Shown here piece by piece: positions 1-41,466 of a stretch of 64,000 nucleotides of DNA. The stretch spans positions 2,914,001-2,978,000 of the forward strand of contig NC_134031.1 of the NCBI RefSeq assembly GCF_964204645.1. Reading direction: 5' to 3'. The translations under genes were made by a program, and so were the position numbers. The notes under the pieces are model-generated. The model made no database searches, was not told where the DNA came from, and worked only from the letters and a program-made list of their open reading frames with translations. Position 1 is the first letter of the stretch. Every line of letters begins with the position of its first letter. The DNA comes from Tubulanus polymorphus (Eukaryota; Animalia; Nemertea).

Positions 1-8666
<8,666 letters not shown>

Positions 8667-8770
8667 CTCGAATCGAATGAATGAAAAACGGAATTAATTA
8701 ATGAAATAATGTAAATCTAATTCATATCACGTGGATAATGTATTTATGATTTTCTGCGCTCGAATTAAAA

Positions 8771-8949
8771 AATAAAATGTTTGAAATAAAATTCACTGTA
8801 TCTACAGCGAGCATGAATTCCTTGTATTTGAAACATTTCTGTATTTTGTATTGGTGCATTTAAAGTTAATTTCTCATTTCGTCAAAATTGCATTTATATC
8901 TTGTATTTCTATTTGTGTGTCTCTTGTATTTGAATCCTGTTAGAATAAA
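8771..8949 (+). terminator. Candidate polyadenylation signals of DNMT1
   Basis: AATAAA at 8771, 8785 and 8944 in the AT-rich sequence after the TAG at 8664-8666. Confidence 0.5.
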
Positions 8950-9807
8950 AATCATTTTGAACGTTATTTGTATATTACAAAATTTCTTTGCTGCTGTTAT
9001 ATTCGCTTTGATAAGCTGCGATAAGCTTAGTGGTAAGTTTTCTATTGTATTGTGCTGCCATCTACATGAAGGAGGCAGTGACAAGTATTAGTCATTGTTT
9101 TAAAAAGTTACTGAAAGTTTTGGCTATGGCGAAATATCATTGCAAATAGGATTTCCAGGCTTTATTTTCAAAAGACTCGAGGTAGGTCTCTACTTAGAAT
9201 GAGTTATTGATTTTAAGGCAATGTTATAGTAATAAAAAATAAGCCTCTTGCAATACAAATTCAAACATAATTTAATTCTCCTGTCATGTTTATTTACACA
9301 ACAGAGTGGAATGAATGAAGAATCTGCCACCTAGTAACTGAATGTCCTGCGTTACACCAAGTCAGTGACCAGTCTGCTATTTACACCAAGTCCGTGACCA
9401 GTCTGCTATTTAGACTAGACTGTCCCAGCCACCCCCGAATGTGCTGACCAAACAGGCTTCACTATTTCTACAAAGAAAAATTTGAAAAAGGATGAAAATA
9501 GATTCCAACTATAGGCCCTGAGTAAAATCAAAAAAGCCCTTTACGCCCTAGATTTTCAAAGAATTTCCAAACGTGCCCTTCTCAAGCGCCGATAGCAGTT
9601 TCAGGTTGACCCTGTTCAAAAAAATCTTAGGTAGATCTGCCCTAGCAGATAGTATTGGACTGCGTTTTGGTCAGTAAACTGAACTCTTAAACCATAAGAT
9701 AGATAGATCCTCTGGTTATTCAAACTTATAGTGGGTTTCATACTAATCCAAGCCTTGATTCAATGTTCAAATTGTAGGTTGTTCAGGCTCGAAGTATTTC
9801 ATCAACG

Positions 9808-10873
9808 ATGGCTAGTTTGGATATCGTCGTGCTGGTGGCTATTGGTTTGCTGACAGCTATATTTGTTTTAGCGATGATCATTCTTATCGTGCTGATTATG
9901 AGACAACGTCGACGCAAATGGGACCTGCTTTTAGTACAGCAACAACAATACAGGTAAATAGAGCATGTAATTACAATAGACCACTCAAGTCAGATCCCAT
10001 AAGTCTCTCTGGACAGTGAAAATGTTTATGATCTTTTTTGGACCTTTTGAAATTTTCAATTTTTGCCTAACTCCTTACTTAGGAGTATAAAATGTACATT
10101 CATATTATTGTATTGTAGATCAGATGTACAGCTGGTCGGTGCTGATATGGATAGCGGTGATCTGGAACTTGATGATGTACAAATCATGCCTCAACATTGG
10201 GAAGAAATCTTACAAGATGAAAACTGGGTTGATGATGTCACGTAAGTCTGGAATTTCAAGTTTTTGGAAATGGAAAAAGTTTTGTGGTTCTAAACGATGT
10301 CTTCTGGGACCATAGTAGATTTTATCTTGCCTCAAGTTTAGAAACTCAATGCTAAACAAAATATTTAATTTTTTAGGGGAGTGGTTCCGCACTGCATCGA
10401 AATTCTAAAAACATGCCATGAACTAGCCGAGAAGTTAGTCGCCGTGACGATGCGTCGAGGTCATTATACTCAACCGGTTCCATTGCTGGAGATAATCGCG
10501 ATCGCGAAGCGTATCAGTCCTCGAGTTGATGACGTTATAACGGCTATGTATCCTCCACTTGAACCAAAACTTCTCGAAGCGAGGTAGAGTACCTTCCTAG
10601 CCTTGGAATTCATGAATTCTTTTTCTTCTCACATTGGAATTAACACAGCGATAAGTGATAACTTGGCTAGATTGGTTATGAGGAGTTCACTGTAGTCGTT
10701 TCCGTTCTTTTTCCAGATGTACCGCTTTAGTCTTGTCGGTCAGTCACCTGGCGTTGGTCACAAAAGACACTTGTCACGTTTCCGGTTCGACCGAATGGAT
10801 CGATCAAGCTTTACTCGACGTTGAAAAACACCTTGTGTTCTTACGTATTACAGCTCAGCTTCCCCATACATGA
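9808..10873 (+). CDS. TMEM98: Transmembrane protein 98
   Basis: Four in-phase coding exons: 9808-9953, 10119-10241, 10377-10583, 10717-10873. An N-terminal TM helix (IVVLVAIGLLTAIFVLAMIILIVLI) is followed by family motifs ELDDV...ENWVDD..GVVPHCIEILKTCH, AKRISPRVDDVITAMYPPLEPKLLEARCTALVLSVSHLALV and WIDQAL. A probable 5'UTR exon ends at 9181 (donor GTAGGT), with the acceptor ending at 9777. Confidence 0.95.
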
Positions 10874-11777
10874 GGACGGTCTCATCTTACCACAGTTTAC
10901 AAATTGAAGCTCATTTAATCCGTATTACAGTGTTAAATTTGCATTTCAATTGCTATGTTCGATAGGGAGGCAAAATCAGTCATTACCTTTTTGCTAAATG
11001 AGGAATCCACAATTGAACCAATGCTTTATGCGCAATGTCTGGATTAGAATTTATCTGATCGGGATCAAGCAGTTACTGGTGTATGATATCTTCCACCATG
11101 CATATCTACATTTCAAACATATCACTTGCATGATTCCCAGAAATTAATTATCATAACCCAATGTTATTGTTATCAATTTGCTCTTTATTTTCAAGGTTTT
11201 GCACATGTTTAAAACGACATTCTACAAAAATACATTATTACATTTTATACAATTCTGTATGTATATAAAAAAAACATTTGCAATCCAACAGTGTAAACAA
11301 CATCCATAAATATACGTGTAAATATAATTATATCTATTTTAATCATATGTAAATATATATTTGTATTTAAGAATATACATTTTGTGTTGTGACTTGGACG
11401 GTTTTCTGTTACAGTAGTTTCATTGATAAGCATCAATAATCTATTCCTTCAAGTACTTTATTGCAGTTAACAGAAAAAAGCTGTCAAGCGTGAGTACTAT
11501 TGGATATTTCAACCCAAAATCTACAAATATGCTGAATGAAGTCGCTTGGCTATTGAAACTTCAAAGTTCTTTGGTCAGTGATTTGACCAGCAAACTTTTC
11601 TAACTAACTAGAAAGCTTGCTAATTCATCAAAATATCACTGGCATAGTCTGTTATCAGAAGATAGGACACTTTTTACCAATCTAAAGGTAGTAACTGGAC
11701 ATCAATAGTTCCACAATGATCTAAGATCTATGTTACCACTACAGTAGTGGGTAAACTGAAAGCATGATATTTTCATT

Positions 11778-14700
11778 TCAAGAAGGCACATTTTCACTCA
11801 ATCGATTGCCATGGTAATAACGTTTCTGTTGGCCGTATGAAGGCTTGGAATTGGGGGTTCTGCAAAAAAGATATCGATGTTTAAACTCAAGTAAGCCTAT
11901 AAGTATGGAGATGATTGTATTTCATACTACAAGCAATATTTACCCATCAAGTGGAACTTGTGAGGTGAATTTTGATTGTCTCTGATTCATCATCGTTTCA
12001 GCTATAGAAATATTAACATACCGGTATGAATTTGCATGTAGTTTAACAATTCTTGAAAACTGTCGTGAAAATGCTTGCTAAGGGTAGCAGGCAGGTAAAA
12101 ATTCAAAATATCCAAAGGGCAATCAGATAAGTTTATATACCAATATCTGGTTTGTAAAACTATCCGATTGTGATACTAAAACAACGAACAGGTCACTGAC
12201 TAGCCTCTTGGAGGTGCTTGACTTAGATCTTTGACCTCGGATAATCCTCACTAACCGGGACAGTGATATCTGCGCTGAACAAAACTTACTTACATTCACT
12301 CTCCCTCGACTGCTGTGTTTGTGAGGCACTCGGTAAATTAGCCGGCTGCGTGCGAAACTGCATCGGAACGAACTTTGACGTGTTTGCCAACGACGACTGA
12401 GCCAGCGGAAAGTCCGGTTTCCATTGATTAGGCAAACCGTTCAGTAAAGACATCGACAACGGGTTGAAATACCGGCTCAGATTTTTCCTCGCAGGTCTGA
12501 AATTAGAAATTCTTAGCAATCTCAACAAATTCACCGGATTTTTAGCTTTTTTTTCACAATTCCCTGACTTATCCCTGATATCCAGGCAAGTGGTCACCTT
12601 ATCATAGGATATGCGAGTCAATCTCCTAGAAGTTTTACCTATGTGTACAGATGAAAGTGTTCGTTCTTTGTAATTGCATTTCCTTCAAGTGATTATTCGT
12701 TGTTGGTAAGATCGGTTTTGACAGCGAAGACGTTGAGGAGGAGACAGCTGACTGCGACTGACCAGGATTCGATTGACGTAAATTCATCGTCGTAAAACTG
12801 CGAGTCATTTCGGTGGAATCTTGATGCCTGAAATTTCATTACGATATCTTCATAGTACAATAACTGACAACTTATGAGATGTGTCATAATATCCCGATCC
12901 CGATCATTAGGGACTTCAACCAATTTATGACAAAATCCGAATCAAATATACCGGGATATGTTACATTAATTTATGAACAGTAAATGATATCCCGATTACA
13001 TCAAAATCCGGATTAAAGTTAAACTGATTCAAATATACGATGTTTGAATGTACTTCCATTTCAAGATCTGGTGCCAAAGTTCTTAGTAAAAGTTTGACTT
13101 TGGAGAGTTAAAACGTAGCAAACAAACTAGTCTTAACTTTCAGACTTCTGCTATTGAACAAATATTTGAAGCGTCCGACCGAATAAATAACTTACTTTTT
13201 GCTACCGAAGTTATTATAAGATCTATCGATGTTTGAACCGGCGGTCTGACTAGGGGGTGGCTTAAACAGCGATGATTTCCGCCGCGAACCGAATCGACGT
13301 TTCACGGCTGTCATCGACGAACTCGCTGCGCAGAACGGCTGCTGCCCGGCAGACGGCTGAGCGTACAGAGAATCCGACATTCTCCTCGGATGTTGTTTCA
13401 TCGAATACGTCAGACGCGGTGGAGGTTTAACGCCTTCTTTTATCGAAACAGACGTGAGCGAACGAACGAGCGTCGATCGTTCGTCGACGCTGTACGTCTG
13501 CGCGACTTTAAATTGCATCTGTCTTTGCTGCGGCGGTTGTTGTTTCGACTTGTTCTGTACGATCGAAGAGTGAGGAACTGCACGCTGCGCGTTGTTTTGT
13601 GGCGTTTGTTTACCGCGATTAACTGCGTTGTTTTTATCGGCGACACTGTCCTCATTGTTTATATCTTGTTTATCCTGCGAAGAGTCGACTCGGTTTTCTT
13701 CCAATTCGTCGATGCTCCACGTATTTGAAATATCGAAAACGAAATTTTCCGCGCTTTTCGACAAATTTTCAACCGATCTTTCCCTCTCTGTATCGGCGGC
13801 GGCCATGTTTTCATCGTGTTGTCGAAGCAGCGTCGAATTTAATGATTTACTCAGATGACCGTTATCGTCGCCGCTTTTATCGAACATCTGCGTTACGATC
13901 CCGGCGCGCTGTTTTTCCGATGACGTTGTTTTCGAGCTTTTTTTGCGCTTCGTAACTTTGATTCTAATCGGAGTCGTTTCGTACGTCTGCAGCCGAGTAG
14001 CCGCGGAGACGTGATCGGGGTCATGTGACCCTGACGCGTCGTCGGGGTCTTCCACCGGAACAATGACGGTCGCCGACGTCGACTGATGCTGCCCTTTCGT
14101 TTGAGATTTCGATCTCGAACTGCTCCGACTTTCGTCGGCGACGCTGCTCGGAGTCGGAGAGTGAGGACGGATGAGTTTAGGAGATTTTGTTCCCTAGACG
14201 AAAGAGAAACAATCAGGAGTGAACGAGCACTGTCGGTAGAATTTTTGGGTATCGATTTAAAAACTCACCAGATTCGTTTGTTGCGACTTCAATGAGGATC
14301 TTCGGTCACTGTCATCTTTGATGAATGTTGGTCGACTCTGACTCTATAAAGCATTGAACTTGAATAAGGAGTCGTCTTGCTGAGGCAGAGGGAGAGGGAG
14401 GAGAGGGAGAGGGAAGAGAGGGAGGATGAGAGGTTTCCTATTTTTCAACCCATTGATGCATAAGTATACTTTATGGATGGCCCCAGACCAGATTTAACTT
14501 GATCATCTCATTCAACAACTTAAAATCTTAAGAAGTCTTAAAAAGTAATCTCTCGATACAGAACAAGCGAGCTCCTCACCATCTCGGGGAAATGATAGCA
14601 ATCTAGTTTCGTTTTTCCGAAATTCTCTCACCTTTGATTTTTGCGCGCTTCCAATTCGGCTGAGAGCTTGTTTAATGCCGTCCTGTGATAGACTGGATCT

Positions 14701-17700
14701 CCTGCGGGATCGAGATGAAGGCGTACGTCGGATGTCCGTCTGCCCGTCTCCACCGCTCTCGTCCTTTTTCGGCGACGTGTAAAGCGGCTGTCTGTGACCT
14801 TCATCTGCGTAACGAATTATATGTAGTAAATTGGTGAAATTTGTAAGAAGCAGGAACAGATCAGGGAATCCAAAAAACCCTGGTGATTCCCTAATCTTTA
14901 ATCAAAAATTCGCTGATTAGATTATAAGTGGGGGCTGTTTCTTCTCAAGAAGTTTCTTGTGCCACTCATTATCAGCAACAAAAAAGACAGTGAAGATTAC
15001 CCTGACTTTTTCCTAATTTTCAAGAAACATAGTCAAAATTCCCTGATTTTCGCTGAAGTCTCCTTGTGTATATTTGGATCATAATTCCTTCTTTAGCTAG
15101 ACATTTTGAGGCTAGACTTGAAAACCAAGTCGCAAAATCATAAGATTGATCCTGTTAGTGTGTAGTCTAAGACCTAAGATGGGCTTGAACCGATCTTTGA
15201 TAACCGATCTTTGATCTTTCACTCTCCAACTGGCCCCTGGACTTACATTCGTCTTTGCTTGTTCTCTTCTTAGTCGGCTTGCTTTCGCATTTACCTTCAT
15301 TCGTTATTGCACTGACCTGTTAGTAAAAGTGACAGAAATAAGAATGAAATATCCAGCGCGCATTGTCCCAGAGATTTTACATCAATACGGTTGATCAAAT
15401 ACCATGAAAGTATACTCCGTGTCGGGATTCAACCGGCGAACGTTAAAAGCCAAATCCGTTCCTGAATAGACGACCTTCCCGTTCACCGATAGATCGTAGC
15501 GGTTTATTTTACCCAGAGGATTTTCAGGCGTATCCCAGCTTACGTGTACCTAAAATAAGATGTTCAAAACAACATACAATGTAATGAAATGTTCATACAG
15601 CGGGACTAGGTATCAGAAGTCTGTATCACAAAAAGGTCAAACTACAATATATTGCTTTATTGGTCTTGGTTCCTTCGTGTTTTAAATGAGGCCAACATTT
15701 CTCAAATTTAACAGTGCGAAACTTTTCATGAAACTGGACTGAAGAGGACATGCATTTAATTACGGATCTAAGAGAGTTTTTGATTGGGCATATCTGAAGA
15801 ATTGTTGTATGGTTTTTTACTTTAGGTAACTGTCCTTTATCAGGTTTCTCAGCCCTTCAACATTCAAATGCTAGGTACAGCCCTGTAAGGGACACTCCAA
15901 AAATGAGGATAACATCAATTCAAACAAATCAACCAAATTTGAATGAGAGGGTAAAATTCCCTGTTGATAAGTAATTTCATCACTTGAGTCAAACTCAGAA
16001 TTTTGGAACCAGGTCCCACTTTTTCACACTGACCTCGTGGCGCCCGAGTACGGATACATTAGGTTTAGCTGGAGCGTGAGCACCGGTGTCGTTAGTCATT
16101 CCAGTTGTACCGGTACGAGGCCCTTTACCTCGATTAGTACTAGCGCAAACCTGAAAGAAATTCATTAGAAACATGAAATGACTAATGTACCTCTCTTAAT
16201 ACAAGGCCATTTCAAATGAATTTTGGAACTGAAATTAGATATAAAGGCAGTTTTTAAGTTTGGCAAGGTTTTACTGTATACCGGGTTCATCCAGATCAGG
16301 GAACCCAAAATACCTTGATATTTCTTTGACTCTCGACCAAAAACGCCCTGATTAAATTTTAAAATATCTTTTACTGGGGGCTGAAATTCAAATCCCTCAA
16401 CTTTTCCATGATTTTCAAAAAGAATTAGAATTCCCCGAAATTCTCCGACCTTAAAGAACCCTGAGTAGAAGGCTTTTGCTAACTTACATAGATTTCACAG
16501 ACTGTGCTCGGAGGAAGCCCGGTTATAATAGAAGTCTGTTCATACGTTTGTTCGAACAGAGCGTTTCCCTTATACACGTAGTATCCTTTCAGTACGCCAT
16601 TTCGATTTTCTGGCGGTTCCCACATGACCTTCAACTGCGTCGTCGTACAGCCGGCTATGTGCAGGTTTTGAACCTCTGATGGAGCTACAACGAAATAAGT
16701 ACGAATTGAGTGAATAAGGCATATACAGTATAATCTGTTTACCGCAAAACTGCCTCAGATTCCCCTGAATCGCATTGAGTTAACCCTCACGTCAAAGTTA
16801 ATGGCAGTCTATAGGACAGCATATTACAAATCTTCTTGCTCCAATCCATTGTAAAAACCACCTATCCTTTTGTAAGCGGAGTCTACTGTAACGAGGTATC
16901 TCCACAAATTCTAACCTACCCGATTCGTCAGTCGTAACAGTAACGGGATCGCTGAGTGGACTGTCATCACCGGCGGTATGAGCTCGCAATCGGTACGTGT
17001 ACGACGTGTAGGGCTTTAGTTTCTCCAGTTTACAGCAGGTGGCGTCTCCAACCCATACCGTATTACAATGACTAACTAAAGGGTTGAAAAAAATAACCAT
17101 CAGGATTTATGTGAAAAATTGGTGATTCATCGAAACAAAAACTGGTAAGTCGCTGTAAAATCAAACTTTTATAAGGCACAATTGATCGAATTTTTTCCTA
17201 TCTTACCTTCCATTATACGGTAGGACACTTTTAATCCGGATTTTGTTACAATTTCATCCCAGTTTATGACGACGCTCTCCGAGCCAGTGACTGTAAATAC
17301 ACAACAAATCTATAACAAACTAATTCTTATTACGAATAACCAAGTTGATTGTTGCGCCATTCCATCGATTCAACCAACCTTCACAACTAGGAGGCGATGG
17401 TTTCTCTAATTTCTTCAAGATTTCCAACGCTAATTCGACTTCGTCTTTCAGATCTGGACTAATCGAAGGCATCGACAACATTTTCTGAAACAATGACGAG
17501 AAATGTTGCATTTCAAACTTCATCTTGTAACGAGAACAATTCTTCTTTTCGATGTACGTTTTACTTACATTCAGAGACTGCAGAACGAGTTTGTCATCTC
17601 TTAATCGAATACAGCCTCGTGGTTGACTAGCGAGAGTACGAATTGTCCTGATCAATGGAATAGAAATTGTTTGATTGTGAAGTTGACCTCGGCATTTTTG

Positions 17701-20466
17701 GGTATAAGAATTAAGATGAAGTAAACTTACATGGCGGCGAACCAGGCAGTTTCTGGATCGTCAGACCGTAATAATGAACACAAAGTCGATACAACATCGT
17801 TCGAGAAATTGTTATCGAGGATTCGAGAATGACCGTCGGCGGTCGTCGCCAAACAACTCAACGCGAAACAAGCGTTTTTACTCGCGCCGCTGTCGGCAGA
17901 CGCTAACATTATCACTAACGACGATATCTGAAATCAATAATTCAAATTATTGGATAAACAATGAATTCAATTTAGTATATAACTGGTTCAACGAAAAACT
18001 TGAGAAACTGCGATCTGAGTAGGATGCTACGGTAGACTTCACTTGCCTCAGATCTAGCAGGACAAATAATTATTCTGTCCAGGTATAAGAATTCTAAAGC
18101 TTTCCAAGCAAAGATGCTATAATCTGAGGCAATAGAATCTGGATAGATGAAGTCTACTGTACAAGGGCAAAACGTTGGAACCAGAGGTTAACTTTTGAGT
18201 TACTGGCCTCCGCTCTAGGCAATTCTTTTTGGACCTTGAAAATTCTTCCTACTTGAGACTCGTATGCTGGTAGTTCCCCTGTACAGAGACTACCGTTTAT
18301 ATCATTTAACTCTTTAGAACCAGCTTAGAGTGCATAAAAACTAAATACAGAGTAAGATGCATCAAATCAGGCACCAAAGTGAACAATTTATGAAATTTAT
18401 TGATTTAGCTATGATAGTGACCTCGACATACCATGCGCTCAGACTCGGATAGAGTTAAAAGCCTCGAACGTCCGACATCCAGATCACATAATCGTCCAAT
18501 AGCAAATGCAGCATTCATTCCCCTTCCTATATACATTACAATAAAACATGCAATAACAGAGAATCTAAACATGCAAGAGAATATTCCGGTCAGGATACCA
18601 GGGGCTAGTGTTGCTCAAAAGTTGGTTACAGTTAACTAGGGAACAAATACCATGGTCACTATCAAATTTCTATCGTCTTTTTGTCAACTATCCACTGGTA
18701 AACATTAAACAGCTTTTGAGCAACTGACCCCAGGTGCCTTCATGCGTTGCATTGTATTTCTATGCAGACTTCGTGCATCAAATGGGGCCTCCATCAGTTT
18801 AATTACCTGGTAGAACTGCGTCAAAATCACTTTATCCAGATCAGATCCATTAAACGGTAAATATTCAAAGATCTGGTAGAAATCAATTATTTGTTAAACC
18901 ATATTTTCTCTATAAAGAGGATGACTTGCGTCGGTCTCAACTGATCAGGATTAAGTTGATTGTGATAATATTTCCGGCAGTAGAGCTCAGAAGAGTTTGC
19001 TAACGTAGAAACGCTTAATTTTAGGACATGCTTATCACTGAGTGGAAAGAAATTCATCAAAAATTACGGTACGTGTAATTTAAGGAACACTAAAATTGTG
19101 AGCAGGGTTGATAACGATACCCTTCAAAATGAATCTGTCTACCACTGTTAACCATGCAAGGCTATGTACTGTATAAATCTACCGGACTAACCTGCTTCAT
19201 CTATTCCTAATGACTGAATAAGCCGAACTAAAATATGATCGGACGTCAAGTGATCGAGTATTCTACTGCAACCGGCTTCGCAGATCGTTAACCTCGCCAG
19301 AACCAACGCCGCATTACTCGCAGTCCATACGTTATCATCGAGTAACAGATCGGTGATGTTTTTGATGGTGTCCGATAAACAAGATTCTTCGATTATCATA
19401 TCTCGACCTTCAGGTGTTTCTGCCTGTTTCAAATGAAAACATCAATAGTGTCATCTTTTCAAGACCAATGGTGTAATCGCATTTCTCAACCTTTTTGTAT
19501 TTTGTCTATTTTTTGCGTCATATTATACCCCTTTGTTGAGATACTGCTATAATACTTTATTGTAGAATCTTAATAGTGTCAATAAAGATTGAATTGCAAC
19601 GTCAGAAAAATGTGATATTTTATGTACGTATAGCTTTTGTTCAATGGGAGAAAGATGAATAAAGAAGATGACAACATTTTGGCCCAGAATATAGATTGTG
19701 GGGTCAAAGGGGTGAACTCAGGCTGCAGGACGCAGTTCCATCTGTAAGTAAGTAAGTAATCAATTTGTCACCATGAATATGTACAAAATCATGACAGGAG
19801 CCTGAGCTGAGCCATAAAGGCTGTATCTAAAAGGATGTTCAGAGACCCTTACAAAAACGTCTGAACGTACCAATGTGCCGATAGTGCCTGCTGCATTCAT
19901 AACGCTCTCAGCATCATCAAATGTAAGCATCTTTGTTAAATCGTCCAACACATTACGACCAGTCGGTATATTTCTACTCTGTTGCGTCAGTCTCAGAACG
20001 CGGTAACAACCGATCTCGCTTTCAGCTACTGTTCCGATGATGTAAGCCGAATTACCAGCCACCCTGAAAAAATATGAAATATGAAAACATTTTTCGAAAT
20101 TTCTAATCAAGCCCCAATTTATGCAATTCTAGCAAGTATCTTGTCAGGATAAGAGATCATAGTCAGTAACCTATCTATGGTTCAGTTTCAAGTTTCAAGA
20201 TTGGATATTTTCAATAGGTTTAAAATGACCAATGATGAGGTAACTACCGGTAACCGGTACGCTTACCTAGCATTCTCATTTCCAAGCAGTCGAATGAGAG
20301 CCCAGAGAAAATCCTCCGAACCGGCGTGGCATAAAAACGTTTGTATTGTTCTCTCTTTATCGGCGTGTAAATCATCGACGAGCATTTCCAGCGCATTTTC
20401 AGCCTGATCGTGAGATCTCATCAATTGAAAGAAATATTCTTTCTGTAGCCAGTTTAGATGAGTCAT
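11778..20466 (-). CDS. Uncharacterised ~1,200-aa protein: N-terminal armadillo-like repeats, three fibronectin type III domains, long low-complexity C-terminal tail (about 20 coding exons)
   Basis: Minus-strand exons approx 20466-20267, 20063-19871, 19423-19191, 18526-18432, 17926-17731, 17648-17568, 17484-17379, 17290-17207, 17073-16920, 16685-16488, 16151-16034, 15549-15403, 15316-15247, 14804-14632, 14343-14268, 14193-13196, 12827-12638, 12496-12294, 12001-11944, 11859-11778. ARM-like repeats: VAGNSAYIIGTVA, SVMNAAGTIGTL, TASNAALVLARL, GMNAAFAIGRL, SKNACFALSCLA. FN3 signatures: LKPYTSYTYRLRA, LKVMWEPP..NG, VSWDTP...LNPDTEYTFMVSA. The start Met (MTHLNWLQKE) is inferred. Confidence 0.88.
18030..18159. 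mobile_element. Tc1/mariner-pogo-type MITE in intron
   Basis: TA-flanked termini CGGTAGACTTCA ... TGAAGTCTACTG, plus an internal inverted segment TTGCCTCAGAT / ATCTGAGGCAA. Confidence 0.6.
18602..18730. mobile_element. PIF/Harbinger-type MITE in intron
   Basis: TIRs GGGCTAGTGTTGCTCAAAAGTTG and CAGCTTTTGAGCAACTGACCC, with CAG duplicated on both sides (18599-18601, 18731-18733). Confidence 0.65.
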
Positions 20467-21089
20467 TTTGCGAGTGTTCGAGGCGTCCTTCAGTTGGCGG
20501 CTACCTGCAGATTGTAAAGAATTTTGTTTTGGAAAAAATAGCGTCCATCGCAAACCTGCACGTCGGGTTACAACTGGACTGGATTATTTGAGCAGCGGCC
20601 TGGGTCAGACTGACGAACTATGACGGAATTCACACTTTTTTCATATCCTCACAAAATCCTGGTTTTCCCCGATTTTTAAATAATTTTTCCAGATTTTTCA
20701 CATTAGTAGTTACTGATCACAAACTGTACAGATTGAAACAAAAGTTCTTAACTTTCAACACAGCTTGTGCATAAATACTGAGCTATGGACATGGTATATG
20801 ACAAGAGGGATCAAATAGATTTTCACTCTACATTTTTATGGTTTTTAACAGATTTTCACATTTTTCCCTATTTTCAGAATCATCCAAAATTCATTTTTCA
20901 CAATTTTTCAAATCAAATGTAGTAGCCTGTCTGTTTACGATGAATATTAAGTTTTTAATTGATTTTTTGACATTTTCACTTGACTTGTCAAATCAAGTAA
21001 CTCGCTTCTCGAGTAATGACATCGTTTGAATGCACGCTTTTTTAGCGTCACTTCATTCAATAGGTAGAAAAATATCAAAGATACCGATT

Positions 21090-21510
21090 TACCTACATGA
21101 TCATCAACGTTATCGGGAAATAAAACGTGACTTGTTAATTTTTTAACCGATTCTCAATAGATTTGTTATAGCAACAACATTTTGCAATTAAGTTGCGTCT
21201 ACAAGAAAAACTCATTCCTGAAATATTAAAGACTTGATTTTCTTTTATTCACAGATTAAGCCAAACAATCGTATTTTAATCCCTTGAGAGATAACTGTCA
21301 TAAACATAATAATTTTACATTTTTGATTACTTTACTTTTAGTCGAATTTGGCCACATTATTCACAATCAATGGTTCAACAAGCGGTAGGTTGTAGTTTTT
21401 ATTTTATATTGACATTTAAATCGCATTATTTTCAAGGTCGTTGAGCCGATGCGGTTACGGCGAAAATTTCTATATTTTCTTCCAAAATCAATTTTTTCAA
21501 ATATTCCAGG
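21090..21510. promoter_or_regulatory. Probable bidirectional promoter and 5'UTR exons shared by the ARM-FN3 gene (-) and RPAP2 (+)
   Basis: The divergent ATGs (20466 and 21527) are ~1 kb apart, each just downstream of a splice acceptor. Candidate UTR-exon donors lie near 21092 (-) and 21383 (+), and there is an X-box-like motif at 21162-21175. Confidence 0.55.
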
Positions 21511-21526
21511 AGGTTTTATTTAAGAT

Positions 21527-41166
<19,640 letters not shown>

Positions 41167-41389
41167 CTTCACTGCGGTCCTGTTGTACGCGCGAATTGGG
41201 ACCGGATCCGGTTAGGAATTTGCCTGATGCTATTGAAACAATGTCGTCTCACGTTCTAGGTTTTCATGTTTTAAATGTTTCATTTAAGTCAATACGTACT
41301 TGGAATAATGAAGCTGGTGCCCGGGTGGTATGTTGAATATTTGAAAAATATGATGAGATGATTTGAGTGGAGAAACTTTTTATGTCAAA

Positions 41390-41466
41390 AATAAACAAAC
41401 TCTGTTTATTGTAATAATATCTCATTGTAAAAAGTATGACGTAATCTTGATTTGATCTGAAATAAA
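41390..41466 (+). terminator. Candidate polyadenylation signals of RPAP2
   Basis: AATAAA at 41390 and 41461 in AT-rich sequence after the TGA at 41164-41166. Confidence 0.5.

Noticed and set aside
13390-14295. Plus-strand ORFs overlapping the large exon of the ARM-FN3 gene
   Set aside because: Antisense shadows of a GC-rich coding exon.
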